A stretch of DNA of 64,000 bases from Bacteroidaceae bacterium (GTDB lineage Bacteria; Bacillota; Clostridia; Oscillospirales; Acutalibacteraceae): NCBI GenBank assembly GCA_963620305.1, contig CAVFAD010000002.1:2086-66085 (forward strand), given 5' to 3'. Made by a program: the position numbers and the translations under genes. This document shows positions 26,140 to 34,145 of the stretch, one piece after another. Each line of letters opens with the position of its first letter. Position 1 is the stretch's first letter. The notes beneath the pieces were generated by a model. It had not been told where the DNA came from and made no database searches. It saw only the letters and a program-made list of their open reading frames with translations.

Positions 26140-28056
26140 ATGAAAAAAACGGCAAAGTCATTTATCGCGCTTGTGCTCTCGCTGTGTCTCGCGTTTTCGT
26201 GCGCTGCGCCCGCGCTTGCCGCGCCGTTATCTTCGGGAACGGGTATCACGGTCGCGGAGGCTGCGGCTGACAGTGTTTCCGCTTCGACGGCAAGGGTTGT
26301 CGGCACTGCGTCGAATAAGCTCGGCAGCTTCGGAAACGATCTGCCCGATGTAGGCGAATCGGGCAAGTCGGATTTCGCGATTAGCGTTAAAAAGCTTTTT
26401 GCGAAATTCATCAATATGCTGAGCAATTTTCTTATCAACTTTGTTGTTGCGGGGTCGCTCAAAACGGTGATTCCCAACGCAAATACGGTTGAGAGCCTCG
26501 ACGATTTCGACCTTGACGCTTATGCGGGATTTTTGCCCGGTATGGAGACGTTTATTGTTGAACCCGCCGAGGGAGCGGAGTGGAGCCTCGGCTATTCGCG
26601 CAGGTCGGTAATGCCCGCGAATTTCGGCGAAAAGTCCTATGCGAAGGGGGCGTATCTTCCGTATATTTTCGGCAACACGATGTATAAGGACGATGACGGC
26701 GTTGACGAGGAGCTGAGAGTGCGCACCGTTGTCATGAACGACGGCTCGGGCAGAGGGAGCGTCGCGTTCTGCGCGATAGATGCCATGGGTCTTTGCAATG
26801 CCGACGTGAGAAAAATACGTGTCGCGCTTGAGGATTTTGCGGCGGCAAACAACATTGTGAGCATAAACGTGTCGTGCACACATATTCACACGGGTATTGA
26901 TTCGCAGGGTGTCTGGACAAATCCTGCAGGCGATCTGTTCCACAATACTCTAAAACAGAACGAAGATGTTACGACGGGTGTCGATCCCGATTTCCTTGAA
27001 GCCGTGATAAAGGGCTGCAAGGAGTCCGTCATCGAAGCGTTCGGCGGCATGACAAAGGGCAAGCTCATGTACTCAAAAATTGACATTTCCGAGTATCTTC
27101 GCGACCGCACTTCTCCCAAGAGCTACGACGAAAATCTCTATAAGCTTGCGTTTGTCCCGTCCGATGTGTCCGTGACTCCGACAATTATTGCGACGTTCGG
27201 CTGTCACCCCGAGTCCTCAAGCTATGACTGGAACAACGGCGACGGCACGAAGTACGACGAGAAATTCACCGCCGACTTTGTGTGGTATATCGAAAAGCTG
27301 CTCAATTCGCAGGGGTATAATTTCATCTATCTTCAGGGCAATGTCAGCACGACCACTTCTTCGAGAGGACTTACCGACGACGGAATTGACGGCAATGCGC
27401 ATTATTCGGCTGTTCGCTACGGCTATGAGATAGGCTATATTCTTCTCGGTATGGAGCTGGATGAAGCCGGCAGAATCGCGCTCAACACTGCGACGGGCGA
27501 CAGGCTCGGAGTAAACGAAAACGCGGGCAAAGGGGGATATTCCGTTTGGTATGAGGGACTTCCGACGGTAACGGCACAGGAGGTAAAACCCGTGCTTAAC
27601 GTCGCGAACCGTGCATTTACGGTTGAAATATCCAACAATGCTATGGCAATTATAGGCAAAACGTCAATATCAAATAACCTCGTTTTGCGCGGCAAGCTCG
27701 GAAAGTACTACACCGTGTCCGAGGTCGGCTACATGGAAATAGGTGACGTACTAAAGGTTTACATGAGTCCCGGTGAGACTTTCACCGAGCTGCTCAAGGG
27801 CGGCTACGGTGCGGACGGCTTCAAGTTTAAGCCGCTGCGTGAAGAATACGGCGAAAACGTCATAATAATGGACCTTATGAACGATGCCGCAGGCTATGTC
27901 GCGAACCCCGAAAACTACGTTATGGCGGGCGTTCAGTATAACCCCGAAACGGGCAAGTACGACAGCGACACATGGTGCCTTATCTCTTACGGCAAGAATG
28001 CCGCAAGCGATTTTATAGGCAATTTCCGCGAGCTTGTCGGGAGCAAACGCGGATAA
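26140..28056 (+). CDS. Secreted protein, neutral/alkaline ceramidase-like N-terminal fold (tentative)
   Basis: Signal peptide ending PALAAP. The segment LRVRTVVMNDGSGRGSVAFCAIDAMGL...NIVSINVSCTHIHTGIDSQG resembles the ceramidase_alk metal-site block. Confidence 0.6.
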   Translation: MKKTAKSFIALVLSLCLAFSCAAPALAAPLSSGTGITVAEAAADSVSASTARVVGTASNKLGSFGNDLPDVGESGKSDFAISVKKLFAKFINMLSNFLINFVVAGSLKTVIPNANTVESLDDFDLDAYAGFLPGMETFIVEPAEGAEWSLGYSRRSVMPANFGEKSYAKGAYLPYIFGNTMYKDDDGVDEELRVRTVVMNDGSGRGSVAFCAIDAMGLCNADVRKIRVALEDFAAANNIVSINVSCTHIHTGIDSQGVWTNPAGDLFHNTLKQNEDVTTGVDPDFLEAVIKGCKESVIEAFGGMTKGKLMYSKIDISEYLRDRTSPKSYDENLYKLAFVPSDVSVTPTIIATFGCHPESSSYDWNNGDGTKYDEKFTADFVWYIEKLLNSQGYNFIYLQGNVSTTTSSRGLTDDGIDGNAHYSAVRYGYEIGYILLGMELDEAGRIALNTATGDRLGVNENAGKGGYSVWYEGLPTVTAQEVKPVLNVANRAFTVEISNNAMAIIGKTSISNNLVLRGKLGKYYTVSEVGYMEIGDVLKVYMSPGETFTELLKGGYGADGFKFKPLREEYGENVIIMDLMNDAAGYVANPENYVMAGVQYNPETGKYDSDTWCLISYGKNAASDFIGNFRELVGSKRG

Positions 28057-28110
28057 AAGACGCGGTCACGAAATTAAGGCGGTACGGGTTCGGCTCCGTC
28101 AAAAATTCAC

Positions 28111-28142
28111 AAAAAAAAGAGTCGTAAGCACGGCTCTTTTTT
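28111..28142. terminator. Bidirectional terminator between convergent genes
   Basis: A-run, then stem aagagtcg / cggctctt, then T-run. Confidence 0.6.
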
Positions 28143-28188
28143 GTTCGGCTGCACGGCGGCGGAAACGGAAAATGCGGAAATTCCTCCG

Positions 28189-29055
28189 TCATAACCCGAG
28201 CCTTTTGCGGACAGCGTTCAGGACGCGTTTTTTGTCCGCGCTCCACAGCGGTGCGGCAAGCGTGCGCTTGCTGCCGTCGCCTGTCAGGCGGTGTAATGCT
28301 ACACCGTCGGGAATAAGAGGAACTAAACGCGCAAGAATGTCAAGATATTCGTCAAGTGAGAGTGTTGAAAACTCGCCGTTGAGCCACTTTTCGTAGAGGT
28401 CGGAGTCCTTAAGAACGTGCAGCAGCTGGAGCTTTACGCCGTTTACGCCGCTGTCGAGCATGTAACGAAGCGTGTTTTCCATGTCATCCGACGATTCGTT
28501 CGGCAGACCGATTATCATGTGCGAAATTACGTAAATGCCGCAGGAGGTGAGACGGCGAACCGCGTCGCGAAATACTTCGTTTTCGTATCCGCGTCTGATA
28601 AACTCCGCGCTTTCGGGTTTTGAAGTCTGAAAGCCTAATTCGACCCACACGGGTTTTATTCCGTTCAGTTCTTTCAGCAGGGCAAGCGTTTCGTCGGGCA
28701 GACAGTCGGGACGCGTTGCAACAGACAGTACGTCGATGTCATCTCTTTGCACGGCGGGCAAAAATTTGCGCCGAAGCTCGTCTGTCGGCGCGTAGGTGTT
28801 GGTGTAGCTTTGAAAATAGGCGATATATCCGCCGTTTTTGTTTTTTTGTGCGACGCGTTTTTTTGCACGTTCGATCTGCTCGCCGATATCGTTTCCGCCT
28901 TCGGCAAAGTCTCCCGAGCCGCCGCGCGAACAGAAAATGCAGCCGCCGGTGCCGAGTGTGCCGTCGCGGTTCGGACATGTGAAGCCGCCGTCAAGCGCAA
29001 GCTTATAGAGTTTTTTGCCGTATGTTTTGCGGCAGTAGTCGTTGACTGTGAGCAT
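28189..29055 (-). CDS. TIGR01212-family radical SAM protein (YhcC-like)
   Basis: YKLALDGGFTCPNRDGTLGTGGCIFC N-terminal signature. 288 aa. Confidence 0.8.
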   Translation of the reverse strand: MLTVNDYCRKTYGKKLYKLALDGGFTCPNRDGTLGTGGCIFCSRGGSGDFAEGGNDIGEQIERAKKRVAQKNKNGGYIAYFQSYTNTYAPTDELRRKFLPAVQRDDIDVLSVATRPDCLPDETLALLKELNGIKPVWVELGFQTSKPESAEFIRRGYENEVFRDAVRRLTSCGIYVISHMIIGLPNESSDDMENTLRYMLDSGVNGVKLQLLHVLKDSDLYEKWLNGEFSTLSLDEYLDILARLVPLIPDGVALHRLTGDGSKRTLAAPLWSADKKRVLNAVRKRLGL

Positions 29056-29057
29056 AG

Positions 29058-29936
29058 CTACACTCCCGAGCAGTCAAATTCCGGTGTATATTCCGCCTCT
29101 GCGCTCGACTTCTCCTGAACAAAGCCGCTGTCCCAACCGAGCAGACACAGATAACCGACCGCTTCGTCGTATTCCTCTTTTGTCAGCCGACGGTTGAGCG
29201 AGTCGATGTCAAGCGGTTCTTTCGGCGGGGTGTACTGGCTCATAAGGCTTATCATAATATCATCTTCGGAAAACATATCCGTCAGAATGTCAAGACAATC
29301 GAGTGTGTTTTCGACAAATCCCGGCAGAACGAGGTGACGCACGATAAGCCCGCGCTTCATCATTCCGCTGCCGTCAAGCTCAAATTTGCCTGTCTGACGG
29401 AACATTTCGCGCAGAGCAGTCACAGCCGTCCGAGGGTAGTTCGCCGCCCCGGAAAGACGCAGCGCAAGTGCGCCGTCGGAATACTTAAAATCGGGCAGAT
29501 AGATGTCTACAAGACCCTCGAGCCGCTTGAGCGTTTCTGCCTTTTCGTAGCCGCTTGAATTCCACACGACGGGAATCGGCGGCTTTTCTTCTGCCAGTGC
29601 GTCGGCGATAATGTCGGTGTAATGCGTTGGGGTGACGAGGTCTATCGTGTCCGCGCCCTGCCACACAAGGTCGTTTATTATTTCGCGCAGACGCTTAACG
29701 GTTATTTCTTTGCCGTCGCAGTCGCGGCTTATTTTAACATTTTGACAGAACTTGCAGCGAAGATTGCATCCGCTGAAAAAAATCGCGCCTGCGCCGCCCG
29801 TCGAGCAGATGCACGGTTCTTCCCAAAAATGAAGACCTGCTCGCGCCGCTTTGAGCCTTGCGCCGACTCCGCAAAAGCCGTTTTGCGCTGTTCTGTCCGT
29901 GCCGCAGCTTCGCGGACACAAAGTGCATTTGTCCAC
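29058..29936 (-). CDS. Radical SAM protein, PflX / pyruvate-formate-lyase-activase-like (COG1313)
   Basis: GTG start after GGGGGT. Motifs CTLCPRSCGTDR...GFCG and GCNLRCKFCQN (CX3CX2C). Confidence 0.75.
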   Translation of the reverse strand: MDKCTLCPRSCGTDRTAQNGFCGVGARLKAARAGLHFWEEPCICSTGGAGAIFFSGCNLRCKFCQNVKISRDCDGKEITVKRLREIINDLVWQGADTIDLVTPTHYTDIIADALAEEKPPIPVVWNSSGYEKAETLKRLEGLVDIYLPDFKYSDGALALRLSGAANYPRTAVTALREMFRQTGKFELDGSGMMKRGLIVRHLVLPGFVENTLDCLDILTDMFSEDDIMISLMSQYTPPKEPLDIDSLNRRLTKEEYDEAVGYLCLLGWDSGFVQEKSSAEAEYTPEFDCSGV

Positions 29937-29979
29937 ACCGAACCCCCGTTTTGTTTATTTGTTTACCCTTTTGCCGACT

Positions 29980-30075
29980 GTGCGCGAAAGAGGAACGCGC
30001 TCTTGCGGTGACCGCCTACCGTGCGCGAAAGAGGAACGCACTCTTGCGGTGACCGCCTACCGTGCGCGAAAGAAG
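29980..30075. repeat. 41-bp tandem repeat, 2.3 copies
   Basis: The unit gtgcgcgaaagaggaacgc[g/a]ctcttgcggtgaccgcctacc occurs at 29980-30020 and 30021-30061, with a partial copy at 30062-30075. Confidence 0.9.
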
Positions 30076-30088
30076 CGTGAGCCGACGG

Positions 30089-31615
30089 TTATATTTTCCA
30101 CTTGTCGATTGTCCGGAAAATGTTGTCCTCGGTCACTTCGACCGTGCCGCCGACCGTGCGTGCGTAGCAAAACTGACCGTTGCGAAAACACAGCGGCACA
30201 AACGGAACGGATTCGTTGAACGAGCGAATGAACGCGTCAAGGCTTTCCGCACCGCTTTGGTATTCAAAATATTTCGTGCGTACCGTCGCCTCCGCCGCAA
30301 TGCCGTAAGAAACGCTGCCGTCCTCGGCAAAAAAGCAGCCGAGATCCATGTTTTTTGTCAGCTTGACTTCGCCGAGATACAGGTCGTACTCGCCGTTCGC
30401 AAGCGCGGTTTCGTAAGCGTCCTTTTCGAGTTTTTCAAGCTCGAGCGTTATGTTCACTTTTTTGAAGCTTTCCGCAAGCAGTGACGCGGTGTTGCGTGTG
30501 AAAGACCCCGTGTCGGTGTAGATAAGCTTCAGCGTGAGCGGATTTCCGTCCGTGCCGTAGCCGAGTGTTTTGAGCAGCGCGTTTGCCGCAACTGCGTCGC
30601 TGTCGGTCGCGGTGTATATCTGTTCCTTGGAATTTATGACGCTTGTCCACGCGGTGTTAAGCGGAATTTCGGTGATTCGTGCATGATTCATGAATGCATT
30701 TTCAACAATATGCTGTCTGTCGCACGCCATTGAGAGAGCCTTTCGCATGTCGGCGGTATTGAGCGGAAACTCTGCGGAGTTCACTCCGATAAAGACGAGG
30801 TCGTTCAGATACACTTCGCTCACGCTCGAATACGTGCGCTTTGCCGAGCCTTCGGACAGATCCGTAAAAAAGCAGTCGATTTCGCCTATGTCCAAAAGGT
30901 GCATGAGCGATTCGGTCACGGTGACGCTGTAAAGGCGAATTGTGCCTATTTTGGGAATTTCTCCGCCGTATCTCGGATTGTAAACGAGATTGGTGCGCAG
31001 CTCGCCCTTTTGGTACATGTACCGCCCCGTACCGACGGGGAGCGAGTCGGAGGTCTCTGCCGTGCCGTTTTTTGCAACGGGAAAGGTGAGCACCGACAAT
31101 ACGTTTACGTCTGCGGAAGTGAGCGTGAAGGTCAGGTCATATCTGCCAGCCGAAACGCAGTCTTCGATGTTTTTGAGGGACTGCGCGTACACCGTCGACG
31201 GCTTTGCCTTGGTGAAGGAATAAACAACATCCGCCGCCGTAAGCTCGGTGCCGTCCGAAAAATATATGCCGTCCGTCAGCGTTACCGTCACCGTTTTTCC
31301 CTGAACCGTGCCTGTTTTTGCGAGGTCGGCGACGGGCATAAAGCCCGCGTCCGTGACGTACAGCGAACGGAAAATGAGCGAGGTGAGCGACGAATTGAGA
31401 AGCGACCCCGTTACGAACGGATTAAGCGAATCGAGCGCGGTGTAGGGCACCGTCAGTACCCCTGCGGGAACGGTGCCTTCCGAGGACAGCTCGGCTGCGG
31501 CGGTAGTTTGTTCGGCGGACGGCGGCTGCGTTTTGCAGGACGAAAGAAACGCGGCGGCAAGCGCGATTACCGTCATAAACGATGTCAGTCTGACGAAAAA
31601 TTTACATGATTTCAT
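30089..31615 (-). CDS. ABC transporter substrate-binding lipoprotein, family 5 (peptide/nickel type), orphan
   Basis: Lipobox FLSSC. 508 aa with SBP_bac_5-like length and composition. No permease or ATPase genes nearby. Confidence 0.7.
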   Translation of the reverse strand: MKSCKFFVRLTSFMTVIALAAAFLSSCKTQPPSAEQTTAAAELSSEGTVPAGVLTVPYTALDSLNPFVTGSLLNSSLTSLIFRSLYVTDAGFMPVADLAKTGTVQGKTVTVTLTDGIYFSDGTELTAADVVYSFTKAKPSTVYAQSLKNIEDCVSAGRYDLTFTLTSADVNVLSVLTFPVAKNGTAETSDSLPVGTGRYMYQKGELRTNLVYNPRYGGEIPKIGTIRLYSVTVTESLMHLLDIGEIDCFFTDLSEGSAKRTYSSVSEVYLNDLVFIGVNSAEFPLNTADMRKALSMACDRQHIVENAFMNHARITEIPLNTAWTSVINSKEQIYTATDSDAVAANALLKTLGYGTDGNPLTLKLIYTDTGSFTRNTASLLAESFKKVNITLELEKLEKDAYETALANGEYDLYLGEVKLTKNMDLGCFFAEDGSVSYGIAAEATVRTKYFEYQSGAESLDAFIRSFNESVPFVPLCFRNGQFCYARTVGGTVEVTEDNIFRTIDKWKI

Positions 31616-32384
31616 AGCTTTCGATTGACACCGCCTTTCCGCTTTTGCTGTCGATTTCGATAACGGCGCAGCACATGGAGCACTGCCCCTCGGGAGTCAA
31701 AAACCTCACGGGCAGACCCGTGCGCAGCCTTTTTATGACGCACTGCGCTTCGACTCCGAGCACCGAGTTTACGGGACCGGTCATGCCGACATCGGTAATG
31801 TATGCCGTTTTGTTCGGGAGTATCTGCGCGTCGGCGGTTCTGACGTGCGTGTGCGTGCCGACAAGTGCACTCAGCCTGCCGTCCGCATAAAAGCCGAGAG
31901 CGCGTTTTTCGCCCGTTGCCTCCGCGTGAAAATCCGCAACGGTGCACGTTACTCCGTCCGCTTTCATCTGCGACAGCACCTCGTCAAGGCAGTCGAACGG
32001 GTCGGTGACGCGCATGTCCATAAAAGACATTCCGAGTAAATTTATCACACCGAGCCGCATTCCTCCGCGCGACAGCACGGTATACCCGACCCCCGGCGCG
32101 GAGCGGTGGACATTGGCGGGGCGAATCGCGGGCGAAAAGCTCTTGTCCAAAAAATCGGCAAACTCGGGTCGTCTGAACGTGTGATTGCCGCCCGTTACGA
32201 CATCCGCGCCCGCAGAAAGAATCATGCCGCACGACACGGGCGTTATGCCGTTGCCGACGGCGGAGTTTTCGCCGTTGACTATGCAAAAGTCGATATTGTG
32301 TTTTTTCTTCATCTGCGGCAGAGTACGCATCAGAAAATTACAGCCGATTTCCGATACGACATCGCCGACAAAAAGTACGCGCAC
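31602..32384 (-). CDS. ymdB: YmdB-type metallophosphoesterase (2',3'-cyclic-nucleotide phosphodiesterase, TIGR00282)
   Basis: VRVLFVGDVV...VNGENSAVGNGITP...GNHTF. GTG start after GGGGG. The upstream part of the ORF-track ORF is not protein-like. Confidence 0.8.
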   Translation of the reverse strand: MRVLFVGDVVSEIGCNFLMRTLPQMKKKHNIDFCIVNGENSAVGNGITPVSCGMILSAGADVVTGGNHTFRRPEFADFLDKSFSPAIRPANVHRSAPGVGYTVLSRGGMRLGVINLLGMSFMDMRVTDPFDCLDEVLSQMKADGVTCTVADFHAEATGEKRALGFYADGRLSALVGTHTHVRTADAQILPNKTAYITDVGMTGPVNSVLGVEAQCVIKRLRTGLPVRFLTPEGQCSMCCAVIEIDSKSGKAVSIESYEIM

Positions 32385-32719
32385 CGCGCTGCCCCCGTTC
32401 GTTAAGGTTTTGTTCGCCGTGCCGCGACGCAGGCGAACCGTGTCAACAGTAATTTTAGCACATCCGCGCCCGCCTTTCAAGCCGCAGAGGTAATAACGCA
32501 CGGAAAAATTCAGCCGAGCGGCGGTCGGCGGTGAGAGAGCGATTTGCGCGGGTTCGTTGTGTGCGGCGGTCGGTACGGAGATCGCGCTTTGTACGGGAGC
32601 GAAGCCGCAGGGAACGCGCTTTGTGTGTTTTGCGCGGGAAGAACGGCGCGGGGATAATTTTACGCGGCGGCGGGAGTAGTTGCGGGAAAACGGGGTATAA
32701 TCCGAACGGGTGAGAAGTT

Positions 32720-33526
32720 GTGAAAAACAGAAAGAATCAGGAAAAACATAAAAAAGAAACGGGAAAAAGCGGGCAAAAAGATATTATATGCCGCATTGTG
32801 CTGCTGCGAAGGCTTGCGCGACTGATGCATTTCGGTGCGGCGGTCATGCTCTTGCCGTGCTGTCTGCGTGTTGAATATTCTGCTGAGGAAATACTCGGCG
32901 GACTGCTGCTGCCGTCGTTTTTTATGAAGCATCCCGATGCGGCAGGGGCGGTGCTTTTCTTTTTCGTGCTTGTCGGGTTGTTTTTGACCGTGTGCGGATT
33001 TTCCGCGCTTTTTGCGGCGGAGTGCGAGAGCATGTACACGGCGGGTGCGGAGCTTTCGCCGCCGAAAAATATGATGACGCTGAGAAACGGCATTCGGTAC
33101 GGTGCGTTCTGCGCTGTGAGGACGGCGAGCAGAATGCGCGATGCCGCGTGCTTTTTTGCACCGACGGCGGCTGCGGCTGTGCTGCTTGCGGCAGTGCTTT
33201 TTTACGGTGTCGAACGTGCTGCCGCCGTTCTTGCAGCGGTGTCGTTTGCGCTGATATTCGCGCTCGGGGTCGGTTTTTTCGCGTGCGGCGGGGCAGGCAG
33301 AGAGAGGGGCACGGCGGTGCTGTACGTCAGTCTCCCCGCAACACCGCTCACGGCGGCAAGAGCGTCACGGGTTCGGCGGGGAGATATACCGCGCGCGCTG
33401 AAAAGGGAGGTGCTCTTTGCTTTTCTGCGGCTGCTGCTGCCCGTGCCTGCGGTTAGGCTTTTTGCCGATGCCGTAATGCGCAGAAAACGCGGAACGGACG
33501 CGATAGCTGCGCTGTTCGGGCAGTGA
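32720..33526 (+). CDS. Hypothetical polytopic membrane protein
   Basis: Several hydrophobic helices (e.g. AVLFFFVLVGLFLTVCGFSALFAA). The Ala/Arg-rich composition means a shadow ORF cannot be excluded. Confidence 0.4.
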   Translation: MKNRKNQEKHKKETGKSGQKDIICRIVLLRRLARLMHFGAAVMLLPCCLRVEYSAEEILGGLLLPSFFMKHPDAAGAVLFFFVLVGLFLTVCGFSALFAAECESMYTAGAELSPPKNMMTLRNGIRYGAFCAVRTASRMRDAACFFAPTAAAAVLLAAVLFYGVERAAAVLAAVSFALIFALGVGFFACGGAGRERGTAVLYVSLPATPLTAARASRVRRGDIPRALKREVLFAFLRLLLPVPAVRLFADAVMRRKRGTDAIAALFGQ

Positions 33527-33713
33527 CGCACTGCCGACGTGCGCGTTAAAATAAAAAAGCCGACGTTTATGTCGGCGAAAAGCGTCTGAAAAGAAAACGC
33601 ACAGGCCCCGGGATAAGAGCCTGTGTGTTTCAAAAAAAGAAGGGGAAATTGCGAGGACCCAAACCCAAGCATAACGTCGATGCGGTCATCACTCGCATCG
33701 GCGGAAAGAGGCT

Positions 33714-33848
33714 TTATGCGAAATGCAGAAAGCCTGCGGGGGAAATCTCATTGAAAAATGCCGTCAGAACAGCCGAAACGCAAAAGACAGCTAAAATAAC
33801 GGCAAGGGATATGAGCGTTGTTTTGTTGTCGTCGATAAACTTACGCAT
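33714..33848 (-). CDS. 44-aa single-TM small protein
   Basis: Strong AAGGAGG RBS 8 nt upstream. Sequence MRKFIDDNKTTLISLAVILAVFCVSAVLTAFFNEISPAGFLHFA. A hairpin plus T-run terminator lies downstream on the - strand (33595-33626). Confidence 0.55.
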   Translation of the reverse strand: MRKFIDDNKTTLISLAVILAVFCVSAVLTAFFNEISPAGFLHFA

Positions 33849-34145
33849 AGTCTGTTCCTCCTTGTTTTTTCAATTTCATTATATATCACATTTCACAAAA
33901 ATGCGATTAAAATTTGGTTACAAATTACTACATCTTTGTAATAATCGGACGGTATAAACGGGTGTTTTTCTGTTTCGCGGCGGTGCGGCTGCGAAAAATG
34001 CACAATTTTTTTGCGCGGCGCGGGCGGTTTTTCACATTGTGCGATTGCAATTTGAATTTACGTGTGCTATTATTGATTATGTATCAGTATAATCTTTTAA
34101 TTTCACCGTTCGGGATTTGCCCGAACAGAGAAAGGGAGAGCTATT

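Noticed and set aside
29980-30075. Tandem repeats considered as a possible CRISPR array, together with those at 61752-61826.
   Set aside because: The units are contiguous with no spacers, there are only 2-4 copies, and no cas genes are in the window.
32992-33456. Alternative-frame 154-aa ORF overlapping the hypothetical membrane protein gene.
   Set aside because: The translation is Arg/Cys/Gly-rich with no hydrophobic structure. The frame-1 membrane protein is the more plausible reading, though it is itself low-confidence.
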